From NCBI GenBank assembly GCA_041673665.1, contig JBAYXF010000002.1, forward strand, positions 1-49,629: 49,629 bases of DNA. Direction: 5' to 3'. Position 1 is the stretch's first letter. The number at the start of each line of letters is the position of its first letter. The notes beneath the pieces were generated by a model. The model saw only the letters and a list, made by a program, of their open reading frames with translations. It searched no databases and was not told the DNA's origin. The stretch comes from Alphaproteobacteria bacterium (GTDB lineage: Bacteria > Pseudomonadota > Alphaproteobacteria > Rs-D84). This document shows positions 35,975 to 45,490 of this stretch, one piece after another. A program made the position numbers and the translations under genes.

Positions 35975-36030
35975 AAGGACAAAGGTTTTACCCTTTGTCC
36001 TTATAAAAAATCCGCCAGATGGCGGATTTT
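35975..36030 (-). terminator. tandem rho-independent terminators downstream of pal
   Basis: Hairpin 1 (36011..36026) is TCCGCC/GGCGGA flanked by A6 and T6. Hairpin 2 (35975..36002) has an 11-bp stem AAGGACAAAGG/CCTTTGTCCTT. Confidence 0.7.
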
Positions 36031-36450
36031 TTATTTAACGGTTGTGGTTGCGTTACGGTTCTTTCCCCATACGCTTTCGCCACTGCCCAATTTCCATGGA
36101 CGTTCTTTACCATAAGAAATGGTCGAGATACGTTTAGCTTCGATACCGTCTTTAACCATTACAGCTTTAGCTGCATTGGCACGACGTGCGCCCAAGCCCA
36201 AGTTATATTCTGTTGTTCCGCGTTCGTCACAGTTACCAGCAATTTGTATCTTGGTATCTGGATGATGCTTCATATACAAAGATTGGCCCAACAAATTGTT
36301 TTGTGCATCTTCTCTGATTATTGAAGAATCAAAATCAAAGAACGCGCGTTGTTCGTTCAAATTTGATGGTTCGACAATTTTGTTTGCCCCACCGCATGCT
36401 GCCAACAAGCCAGCTACGCCTGCCAACATCATAATTTTTTGCATTTTCAT
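36031..36450 (-). CDS. pal: peptidoglycan-associated lipoprotein Pal (OmpA-like)
   Basis: Lipobox LLAACGG and an OmpA-like domain (FDFDSS.I......L......HP...I.I.G.CDERGT.EYNL.LG.RRA). Confidence 0.9.
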   Translation of the reverse strand: MKMQKIMMLAGVAGLLAACGGANKIVEPSNLNEQRAFFDFDSSIIREDAQNNLLGQSLYMKHHPDTKIQIAGNCDERGTTEYNLGLGARRANAAKAVMVKDGIEAKRISTISYGKERPWKLGSGESVWGKNRNATTTVK

Positions 36451-36526
36451 GAAAATACTCCCTTGTGTTTTTTTGGTTCAGGTATTATTTTACATGCTAT
36501 TGTCTGAAAAATCAAGGAAAAATCTT

Positions 36527-37210
36527 ATGGAAATCAATTCATTACACGACTTATATCTGGCAGGTGTAAAGTGGGAACTTTCTAATTTTGCTTATCCAAA
36601 AAAAGAATCAAAACAAGAAAATATTGAACAAAAAATAGTGCACAATACAAAAAATATAATTAAAACTATCGCCCCAATCTCGATGACCGCGGCCCAAGAA
36701 ATAGTCTGCAACGCAACAAATTTTTCAGAACTGTGCAATACAATTACAGAATTTAATCATCCATTAAAAATGTTTGCAAAAAATACTATTTTGCCGACAA
36801 TTGGGGAAAAATTACTAATCCTCACTGATTCCCCCTCGTCCGAGGATGATGAATTTGGGCAAATTTTATCTGGCGTATCCGGCGAACTTTTAGACAAGAT
36901 GTTAAATGCTATTGGACTGGAAAGAAATCTTGTATCAATCTGTCCATTGTTATTCTGGCGAACGCCAGGGGGCAGAACACCAACTGACGAAGAGCTGTCT
37001 TTGACCAAACCCTTTGTTGATAAATTTATTGAACTTAGCAACCCAACAGCTGTTTTAACACTGGGCCCATTGGCCGCAAAATATCAATTTAAAAACAATC
37101 CTGAATTTCAAATATTTTCAATTCCAAACCCCAGTTATATGATCCTGAAACCAGATTCAAAAAAAATTGCATGGGACCAATTGCAAAAAATGTTGAAAAG
37201 TCTGGAATAA
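36527..37210 (+). CDS. uracil-DNA glycosylase superfamily protein, family-4-like with degenerate motifs
   Basis: Collinear with family-4 UDGs: ...LLILTDSPSSEDDEFGQILSGVSGELLDKMLNAIGLERN...RTPGGRTPTDEE......F....I....P..VLTLGPLAA...NPS. The ATG at 36527 is preceded by AAGGAAA. The longer ORF-track start is antisense to pal. Confidence 0.55.
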   Translation: MEINSLHDLYLAGVKWELSNFAYPKKESKQENIEQKIVHNTKNIIKTIAPISMTAAQEIVCNATNFSELCNTITEFNHPLKMFAKNTILPTIGEKLLILTDSPSSEDDEFGQILSGVSGELLDKMLNAIGLERNLVSICPLLFWRTPGGRTPTDEELSLTKPFVDKFIELSNPTAVLTLGPLAAKYQFKNNPEFQIFSIPNPSYMILKPDSKKIAWDQLQKMLKSLE

Positions 37211-37250
37211 ATGTCTAGAATCAAACTGTCTAATTATAAAGGAGACCACA

Positions 37251-37805
37251 ATAAAACCAACATTTAACAGAGAATCTCGCCGTGATTTAGGCCCAAGAAC
37301 AAATAATAAAATTTTTGCAAAAAGTGTTCAGGTAATTTCTGAAACTGGCGCAAATCTGGGCGTAATGCCAACCCCTCAAGCTTTACAAATGGCAATTGAT
37401 AATGACATGGATTTGGTTGAAATAAATGCAACCAATGTGCCGCCTATTGTAAAAATTATGAATTATGGTAAGTTCAAATATGAACAAAAAAAGAAGGCTT
37501 CGGAAGCACGTAAAAACCAAAAAACAAACGAATTAAAAGAAGTTTGGATAAAACCATTCATCGAAGAAAATGATTTAAATATCAAAATGAAAAAGGTATT
37601 TGAGTTTTTAGAAGATGGGGACAAAGTTAAAATAGCAGTGATGACAAAAGGTAGTAAAAGAGTACTTGCTATTGGCGCCAGATCTGGCGCAACAACAAAC
37701 CTTTTTGAGCGCGTTATTCAAATAATAGGTGACAAAGGATTGGTCGAATCTAAATCCAAACCTGATGAAAGAACAAGATCTATAATAATTGCACCTGCAA
37801 AATAA
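37251..37805 (+). CDS. infC: translation initiation factor IF-3 with a non-canonical (ATA) start
   Basis: The ORF-track fragment (37365..) lacks the IF-3 N-domain start. The frame is open from 37197 with no ATG, GTG or TTG. AAGGAG (37239..37244) lies 6 nt before ATA (37251), and translation gives (M)KPTFNRESRRDLGPRTNNKIFAKSVQVIS..., which aligns with IF-3 N-termini. Confidence 0.8.
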   Translation: MKPTFNRESRRDLGPRTNNKIFAKSVQVISETGANLGVMPTPQALQMAIDNDMDLVEINATNVPPIVKIMNYGKFKYEQKKKASEARKNQKTNELKEVWIKPFIEENDLNIKMKKVFEFLEDGDKVKIAVMTKGSKRVLAIGARSGATTNLFERVIQIIGDKGLVESKSKPDERTRSIIIAPAK

Positions 37806-37831
37806 AAAAAACCGCCAAATGGCGGTTTTTT
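37806..37831. terminator. bidirectional terminator (infC / accC)
   Basis: AAAAAAA ACCGCC AAAT GGCGGT TTTTT. Confidence 0.7.
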
Positions 37832-39185
37832 ATTTTTTACCCTTGGGCGACAAAAATTCTTCAAGCCAATGATTATCTACATTCAAAGATTTTACATCTT
37901 TGGCCCCCAACAATTTTTGTTGCAAAGGAATTGTCGTTTTTATCCCTTCTATTATAAACTCATCCAAGGCTCTTTGTGCACGCATTAAACATGCTGGACG
38001 ATTTTGTGCCCAAACTATTAATTTTGCAATCAAAGAATCATAAGTAGGTGGTATTGCATACCCGGTATAAACCGCGGAATCAATACGTATCCCAAGCCCC
38101 CCTGGAGGATTATATGATGTTATCTTTCCAGGATTTGGAATGAACGTTTCTGGGTCTTCGGCATTAATACGAAATTCTATTGCATGTCCATTTGGAATAA
38201 GGTTTCCCTGGTTATACCCCAGCTTTTCCCCCTGGGCAATACGAATTTGTTCACGAACCAAATCCACCCCATAAACCATTTCTGTTACAGGATGTTCCAC
38301 CTGCAATCTGGTGTTCATTTCAAGGAAGTAAAACTTGCCGTCTTTAAACATAAATTCTAAAGTTCCAGCATTTGTATACCCCATTTTTTTCACAGCAGCG
38401 CGACAAGTTTCTATCATATCATCACGTTGCTTAATGGTCAGTGCAGCGGCTGGACATTCTTCCATAACTTTTTGATTTTTGCGTTGCAAAGAACAATCGC
38501 GCTCACCAAAAACCACAACCCCGCCATGTTTGTCCGCTAAAACCTGGAATTCAATATGTCTGGGATGTAATAGTAATTTTTCCATATACAGGGTATCATC
38601 ACCAAAACCAGCCTTGGCTTCGCGCTTGGTCATTTGGAACGCTTCGGTCATTTCAGAAGCGCTCATAACTGGTCGCATACCCTTGCCACCACCACCAGCT
38701 GACGCTTTTAACATAACTGGGTATCCAATTTTTTTGCCCCATTCCAATGCAGACTCTAATGTATCCACTGCGCCCTCACTACCTGGAACAACGGGCAAAC
38801 CACATTTTATTGCGGTTTTTTTGGCGGCAACTTTGTCCCCCATTTTGGAAATCATATTTGCATCTGGACCAATCCAAACTAAATTGTGTAATTCAACTTT
38901 TTCTACAAAACTAGCGCGTTCAGATAAAAATCCATAACCTGGATGAATTGCATCAGAATTGGTCAACAACGCTGCCGTTAAGATTGCAGACTCGTTAAGA
39001 TATGAATCTTTTGCTGGACCTGGGCCAATACAAACAGATTCGTCCGCAACATGAATATGTGAAGCCGTAATATCAGACGTAGAATAAACCGCAACGGTTC
39101 TTATGCCCATATCACGACATGCACGAATGATTCGCAAGGCTATTTCCCCACGATTCGCTATCAGGATTTTTTTTATGGCTGGCAT
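37830..39185 (-). CDS. accC: acetyl-CoA carboxylase biotin carboxylase subunit
   Basis: KILIANRGEIA.RI.RAC, the ATP-grasp motifs and EMNTR.QVEHPVTE. Confidence 0.96.
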   Translation of the reverse strand: MPAIKKILIANRGEIALRIIRACRDMGIRTVAVYSTSDITASHIHVADESVCIGPGPAKDSYLNESAILTAALLTNSDAIHPGYGFLSERASFVEKVELHNLVWIGPDANMISKMGDKVAAKKTAIKCGLPVVPGSEGAVDTLESALEWGKKIGYPVMLKASAGGGGKGMRPVMSASEMTEAFQMTKREAKAGFGDDTLYMEKLLLHPRHIEFQVLADKHGGVVVFGERDCSLQRKNQKVMEECPAAALTIKQRDDMIETCRAAVKKMGYTNAGTLEFMFKDGKFYFLEMNTRLQVEHPVTEMVYGVDLVREQIRIAQGEKLGYNQGNLIPNGHAIEFRINAEDPETFIPNPGKITSYNPPGGLGIRIDSAVYTGYAIPPTYDSLIAKLIVWAQNRPACLMRAQRALDEFIIEGIKTTIPLQQKLLGAKDVKSLNVDNHWLEEFLSPKGKK

Positions 39186-39186
39186 T

Positions 39187-39651
39187 TTATTCTATCACCA
39201 TTAATGGCGTATCAAATTCTACCGCTTGGCCGTCAGAAACCAAAACTTCTTTTACTACACCATCTTTGTCAGCTTTGACTGGATTAAATGTTTTCATAGC
39301 TTCTATTAAACAAATTGTATCACCAGTTTTAACTCTCTTGCCGACTTCCGCAAACTGTTTTGCGCCTGGTTCTGGTGCTAAATATGCAACACCAACCATA
39401 GGTGAACGAACCGCGTTTATTTCACATGCCGCAGGATCCGCCGAAGTATCACAAGAAGTTTTTGCCAATGGTGTCGCAGGCGTTGGCGCAGGCATTGTTG
39501 CAAATGCTGGCGCTGCTATCGCACCTTGGCGTGAAAGATGAACATGTTTACGATAAATGCCAAATAAAAATTGGCGTTCTAAATCAAGTTCGGTAAGACC
39601 CATCTCGTCCATAATTTTGGTCATGGCCTTTACTGTTGCGCGAAATGACAT
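39187..39651 (-). CDS. accB: acetyl-CoA carboxylase biotin carboxyl carrier protein
   Basis: C-terminal biotinyl domain with LIEAMKTFN. The ATG at 39651 is preceded by AAGGAG. Confidence 0.9.
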   Translation of the reverse strand: MSFRATVKAMTKIMDEMGLTELDLERQFLFGIYRKHVHLSRQGAIAAPAFATMPAPTPATPLAKTSCDTSADPAACEINAVRSPMVGVAYLAPEPGAKQFAEVGKRVKTGDTICLIEAMKTFNPVKADKDGVVKEVLVSDGQAVEFDTPLMVIE

Positions 39652-39704
39652 CAAGTCTCCTTTTAAAACGTGCAAGACCCATTGTAGCAAATCTGAAATA
39701 GATG

Positions 39705-39920
39705 TCAAGGAACAGGATCATATCCAAAACCACCCCCTGGACGACAGCGTAAAATCCTTTTTATTGCTAACCATGCCCCACGCAGGGCGCCGTGCTTTTC
39801 TATGGATTGTTTAGCATATTCACTGCAAGATGGGGTAAAACGGCATATTGCGCGACCACCAAACAAAGGGGATAATCCCAATTGATAAAATTTAATTAAT
39901 GCCAGGGCTATTTTTTTCAT
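39705..39920 (-). CDS. yidD: membrane protein insertion efficiency factor YidD
   Basis: YQ..LSP......CRF.PSCSEYA..........G..L...R..RC.P....G.DPVP. Confidence 0.9.
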   Translation of the reverse strand: MKKIALALIKFYQLGLSPLFGGRAICRFTPSCSEYAKQSIEKHGALRGAWLAIKRILRCRPGGGFGYDPVP

Positions 39921-40242
39921 TTGATAATTTATCCAGGGCTTCCTTCATTGTTTCTGTCCCTATTTTCAACGTAGCATCTAAAATTGCCGTCCTGGCTATG
40001 ACAATATAATCCATTTCTGGACTCATATCCGATTCGCAATCGCGCAGCCAAACCCGCAATAAACGTTTTGCTCGATTGCGATCATGTGCGTGAGCAAACG
40101 TCTTTTTAGAAGCAATCAGCCCATATTTTGCATCCCCAGGCCATAATGTTGGACGACTACGAACTATAAAAATAGGCGTTTTAACCACAGGGTCATCTGT
40201 GCCGGCTATAAAATCCTTATGTTTTCTTATTGTTTGTCTCAT
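39892..40242 (-). CDS. rnpA: ribonuclease P protein component
   Basis: 116 aa, basic, with the RNR motif region AHDRNRAKRLLR. It overlaps yidD as in rnpA-yidD operons. Confidence 0.85.
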   Translation of the reverse strand: MRQTIRKHKDFIAGTDDPVVKTPIFIVRSRPTLWPGDAKYGLIASKKTFAHAHDRNRAKRLLRVWLRDCESDMSPEMDYIVIARTAILDATLKIGTETMKEALDKLSNEKNSPGIN

Positions 40243-40252
40243 AATACTAATT

Positions 40253-40280
40253 AGTATAAGATAATAATTGCATTTTGCAA
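40253..40280 (-). promoter_or_regulatory. sigma70-type promoter of rnpA (TTGCAA-16-TATACT), 10 nt from the ATG
   Basis: Minus strand: TTGCAA (40280..40275), a 16-nt spacer, TATACT (40258..40253), AATTAGTATT, then ATG (40242). No SD. Confidence 0.5.
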
Positions 40281-40316
40281 ATTCTGCTTTATTATTGCGA
40301 AAGAAATTAAAAATAA

Positions 40317-41390
<1,074 letters not shown>

Positions 41391-41394
41391 AATA

Positions 41395-41414
41395 AGCGCC
41401 TTTGGCGCTTTTTT
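41395..41414 (+). terminator. rho-independent terminator after mreB
   Basis: AGCGCC TTT GGCGCT TTTTT. Confidence 0.7.
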
Positions 41415-41466
41415 AAAAGTTGAAAGTTGAAATTAAAAATAGTAGCATTCCCCAAAAGGAAAAATT

Positions 41467-41664
41467 ATGGAAGAAAACAAATTATCTTTTGAAGAAGCAT
41501 ACAAACAATTAACGGAATTGGTTAAAAAAATGGAATCTGGCGAATTGCCATTGGCTGATTCGGTTGGGGCATATGAAACAGGAATAAAGTTAAAAGCTTA
41601 TTGCGAAAAATTACTAAAAGACGCCGAGCTTAAAATAGAAAAATTAAAAACATCCGAAATTTAA
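41467..41664 (+). CDS. xseB: exodeoxyribonuclease VII small subunit
   Basis: 65 aa, with SFEEAYKQLTELVKKMESGELPL..S...YE.G..L...C...L as in XseB. Confidence 0.85.
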   Translation: MEENKLSFEEAYKQLTELVKKMESGELPLADSVGAYETGIKLKAYCEKLLKDAELKIEKLKTSEI

Positions 41665-44171
41665 TGGCCGAAAAATTAACACTTTCACCGATTATGAAAC
41701 AATATCTGGATATGAAGGCCGAAAATCCAGATGCTGTTTTGTTGTTTCGTTTGGGCGATTTTTATGAGGCTTTTTTCAATGATGCTCGCACAGTCAGTAA
41801 AATTTTGGACTTGGTTTTGACCCATCGCGGAACCGATGAACGCGGCAGCGATATCCCTATGTGCGGAATTCCATGGCACGCAGCAGATAATTATTTTGCG
41901 CGTCTTGTAAAATCCGGTACCAGCGTTGCGCTGGCCGAACAGATGGAAACCCCTGCCGAAGCAAAGGCCCGTGGACATAAACAAATAGAACGTAAAATCG
42001 TTCGTGTTATTACAGCTGGAACATTAACCGATGATAATTTATTAAGTCCGAAAAAATCTAATTTCCTGGTCGCCATCGCGCCAACAGAAACATCTGAATA
42101 TAGTTTTTCTGGTTGCGATATTTCAACCGGGGAATTTTTTATAGGACAAACTACAAGTATTTTTGATGATATTTTTAAGATTTCCCCTGCCGAAATTATT
42201 TATCCCGAAGATTTGGCTGAAACGCCCGAAATAATGCATCTACGTGAATCCTTTTCTACTACACCTGTATACAAAAAATTATATTCCAGGGCTGATATTG
42301 ATGTAATTACATCAAAACTTTTGCCTGTATTTGGGACACCCTCTCTTTCTGACAGATTGCTCGCGGCTTATTTAAATAATACCCAACGTGGCACGACGCC
42401 AGCATTTCGAACCCCTTATCGTTTTGGCGCGGGAAAACAATTATTGATTGATTCGGCATCTTGGAAAAGTTTGGAAATTGATTCTGTATTGAATGATGGT
42501 GGCACATGCTTGTTTGATATTTTGGATAAAACACATACGGCGGCTGGTGCACGAAAAATGCGCGGTTTTTTACGACAACTGTCCGGAGATGTCGGCGAAA
42601 TACGCCGCAGACAAGAACATATCGCTCATTTGTTATTAAACACAGATATCTTTAAATCCATGGGAAATGAGTTATCAAAATTACCCGATGCTGGACGCGC
42701 AATAACACGCTTGATTACTGGACGTGGAACACCACGGGATTTACGCGCAGTGTCCGACCTTTTAAATTCTTTGCCAACCGTAAAATCTGTTGGTGAAAAA
42801 TTGGATCAAAGTTTAAGCGACAAATTCAAAGAAATTAAAACCTTTGATTCGTTTGCTTTGGAATTGCGTAATGCTTTATTAAACAATATCCCCGCTTTTT
42901 TTCGCGATGGTGAAATCATTGCGGACGGATTTGACGGTGCGCTTGATAACATGCGGCAAATGGCACACGGCGCCAAAGAAACCATCGCAGCCCTGCAAGC
43001 AGAATATATCCAACAAACCGGCATCAATGTTCTTAAGATAAAATTTAATAATATATTGGGTTATCATATAGAGGTTCCAAATGCTCGTGCAGATATTTTG
43101 ATGAACCCAGAATCCGGATTTATTCATCGTCAGACCATGGCAAATAATATGCGGTTTACAACTGCGCGTTTAATCGACCTGGACAACGATGTTCGGGGAG
43201 CAGCTGAAAAAGCCGCGGCAATTGAATCTGAAATCATTGCAAAACTGATTGAAAAAATTCGCAAAATTTCTGATGAACTGCTACAAACGGCGGATTTGTT
43301 GGCCGAAACAGATGTATGGATGGCATTGGCAACCGCCGCAACAGAATATAATTGGGTTCGTCCAACAATAACAAATGGCGATGAATTTGAAATAGTTGCC
43401 GGGCGTCATCCTGTAATAGAAAGCATATTACAAAAATCTGGAAATCAATTTGTTCAAAATGACTGTGCGCTTGATGATAAAAAAATAGCATTACTAACCG
43501 GTCCAAATATGGCGGGAAAATCAACTTACTTGCGGCAAAATGCATTGATAACAATTTTGGCGCATATGGGATCTTTTGTGCCAGCAAAATCGGCAACCAT
43601 TGGTATTTGTGATCAATTATTTTCGCGCGTGGGCGCATCTGATAACTTGGCTGCTGGACAATCAACGTTTATGGTTGAAATGCAAGAAACTGCAAATATT
43701 TTAAATCGTGCAACAAACAAAAGTTTTATTATTTTTGATGAAATAGGGCGCGGAACCGCAACTTGGGATGGAATGGCTATTGCCCAGGCTGTGCTGGAAT
43801 TTTTAAACGATATTAAACCCAGAACTTTATTTGCGACCCATTATCACGAGCTGACCAAAATTCCACTGAACGCGTTAAAAAATCTGAACGTCCAGATTAC
43901 AGAGCATAATGATGAAATTATATTTATGCACAAAATTGCACCGGGTGTTGCAAATCGTTCTTATGGAATTCACGTTGCACAAATGGCTGGTATGCCGGAC
44001 AGCGTTGTATCCAGCGCAACAATGATTTTGGAAAAACTTGAAAATAACGGAAACCATAAACACAATCATGAAAATTTATCGGGGCAGGTGGGTAAAGAAA
44101 AAATATCCGATGTCTTTATTGTCAGATCTAAAGATAAAGAATCCCCACAACTATCGCTTTTTGGTAAATGA
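41664..44171 (+). CDS. mutS: DNA mismatch repair protein MutS
   Basis: TP.MKQY...K......LLFR.GDFYE.F and Walker A TGPNMAGKSTYLRQ, plus DE.GRGT. Confidence 0.96.
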   Translation: MAEKLTLSPIMKQYLDMKAENPDAVLLFRLGDFYEAFFNDARTVSKILDLVLTHRGTDERGSDIPMCGIPWHAADNYFARLVKSGTSVALAEQMETPAEAKARGHKQIERKIVRVITAGTLTDDNLLSPKKSNFLVAIAPTETSEYSFSGCDISTGEFFIGQTTSIFDDIFKISPAEIIYPEDLAETPEIMHLRESFSTTPVYKKLYSRADIDVITSKLLPVFGTPSLSDRLLAAYLNNTQRGTTPAFRTPYRFGAGKQLLIDSASWKSLEIDSVLNDGGTCLFDILDKTHTAAGARKMRGFLRQLSGDVGEIRRRQEHIAHLLLNTDIFKSMGNELSKLPDAGRAITRLITGRGTPRDLRAVSDLLNSLPTVKSVGEKLDQSLSDKFKEIKTFDSFALELRNALLNNIPAFFRDGEIIADGFDGALDNMRQMAHGAKETIAALQAEYIQQTGINVLKIKFNNILGYHIEVPNARADILMNPESGFIHRQTMANNMRFTTARLIDLDNDVRGAAEKAAAIESEIIAKLIEKIRKISDELLQTADLLAETDVWMALATAATEYNWVRPTITNGDEFEIVAGRHPVIESILQKSGNQFVQNDCALDDKKIALLTGPNMAGKSTYLRQNALITILAHMGSFVPAKSATIGICDQLFSRVGASDNLAAGQSTFMVEMQETANILNRATNKSFIIFDEIGRGTATWDGMAIAQAVLEFLNDIKPRTLFATHYHELTKIPLNALKNLNVQITEHNDEIIFMHKIAPGVANRSYGIHVAQMAGMPDSVVSSATMILEKLENNGNHKHNHENLSGQVGKEKISDVFIVRSKDKESPQLSLFGK

Positions 44172-45049
44172 AAAATTCAGGATTTATTTTACTTGATAAA
44201 CCAAGTGGTATTTCCAGCCGCGCTGCGGGTGGACGGGTTGCGCGAATGTTTGGCGCCAAAACGTTTGGACACATTGGAACATTGGACCCTATGGCGTCTG
44301 GCTTGCTCATAATTGCATTGAATGGTGCAACCAAAGTTATCCCATATATCCCGGACACAAAAAAAGAATACGAATTTTCCGTTAAATGGGGAACTGAAAC
44401 AGACACCCTGGACGCCAAGGGCCGCATTATTAAACAAGATGACAATTTAAAAATACCATCAAATGAAATCCTCGAAAAAATATGTACTGAATTTATTGGC
44501 GAATATGACCAAGTGCCGCCGAATTTCAGCGCTGTGCATATAGATGGGCAACGGGCTTATAAATTGGCATTAGCGGGGGAAAAATTAGATATTAAATCCC
44601 GACAGGTTCATATTTATAACCTGAAAAATATAACTAATTCTGAATTTATTGTTGAATGTTCCAGTGGTACGTATGTCCGCTCGCTGGCGCGCGATATTGC
44701 AAAAAAGTGCGGGACGATCGCCACCTGCACCGCTATTCGCCGCACAAAAACAAATGGTGTTGATATAAAAAATGCTGTTGCACTTGATTTTCTGGAAAAT
44801 TTATTTAATAATGGCGGGCGCGCTGCGATAAATGATTATTTGCAGCAAACAGATTTTGGACTGGGCGACATTCCGGTTTTAAATCTGGATAACAATGACT
44901 CGGTATTATTCAAGCACGGCGGATTTTTAACCAGATCTGCTTTTACAGAAAATGGTTCTGTTCGTGTTTATTCTGATAAAGAACTTATTGGAATTGGAAT
45001 AATTGAAAACGGTGTCTTAAAACCAAAAAGGATTATCAATGTCGATTAA
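44168..45049 (+). CDS. truB: tRNA pseudouridine(55) synthase
   Basis: [11 protein letters not shown] and [13 protein letters not shown]. Confidence 0.93.
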   Translation: MKNSGFILLDKPSGISSRAAGGRVARMFGAKTFGHIGTLDPMASGLLIIALNGATKVIPYIPDTKKEYEFSVKWGTETDTLDAKGRIIKQDDNLKIPSNEILEKICTEFIGEYDQVPPNFSAVHIDGQRAYKLALAGEKLDIKSRQVHIYNLKNITNSEFIVECSSGTYVRSLARDIAKKCGTIATCTAIRRTKTNGVDIKNAVALDFLENLFNNGGRAAINDYLQQTDFGLGDIPVLNLDNNDSVLFKHGGFLTRSAFTENGSVRVYSDKELIGIGIIENGVLKPKRIINVD

Positions 45050-45320
45050 AACATTTATTAAAAACATAAAAACCAAAATAATTGCTGACAACAAGGTCAG
45101 TGATAAAGATAATGGCGGTTCTGCAACTGCTCAGGTTGCGATTTTAACTGAACGTATTAAAAACCTGACAGAACATATGAAAAACAATCATAAAGACGAA
45201 CACTCGAAACGAGGTTTGTTATTGATGGTTAATCGTCGTAAGAAATTACTGGCTTATATCAAAAAACGCAACGTAAGCGATTACGAAGCTTTGATTAAAA
45301 AGCTTGGTTTGCGTAAATAA
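45039..45320 (+). CDS. rpsO: 30S ribosomal protein S15
   Basis: Motifs [16 protein letters not shown]...KD.HS.RGLL.MV..RRKLL.Y......Y..LI.KLGLR. Confidence 0.9.
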   Translation: MSIKTFIKNIKTKIIADNKVSDKDNGGSATAQVAILTERIKNLTEHMKNNHKDEHSKRGLLLMVNRRKKLLAYIKKRNVSDYEALIKKLGLRK

Positions 45321-45325
45321 ATTTA

Positions 45326-45350
45326 ATCCCCTTTATGGGGATTTTAATTT
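45326..45350 (+). terminator. rho-independent terminator after rpsO
   Basis: ATCCCC TTTAT GGGGAT followed by a T-rich run. Confidence 0.55.
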
Positions 45351-45385
45351 TATTTGCAAATTACAGTTTTTAATTTATAATCAAA

Positions 45386-45457
45386 CAGTAAGAGAAAGAA
45401 GATTATTCATTTTTATTTGCACACAGCTGATAAAAACGAATAATTTTTCTCTTACTG
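45386..45457 (+). promoter_or_regulatory. long imperfect hairpin in the pnp 5' leader (candidate RNase III / autoregulatory site)
   Basis: 45386..45398 pairs with 45445..45457 (12 Watson-Crick pairs plus 1 G-U). After a 3-nt bulge, 45402..45408 pairs with 45438..45444 (7 bp). The apical loop is 29 nt. Confidence 0.5.
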
Positions 45458-45490
45458 AATAAAAATTAAAATAATAACAAGAGGAAAATA

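Noticed and set aside
36296-36526. N-terminal 77 codons of the 304-aa plus-strand ORF
   Set aside because: This part is antisense to pal (36031..36450) and is hydrophobic nonsense. The UDG-like gene starts at the SD-supported ATG at 36527.
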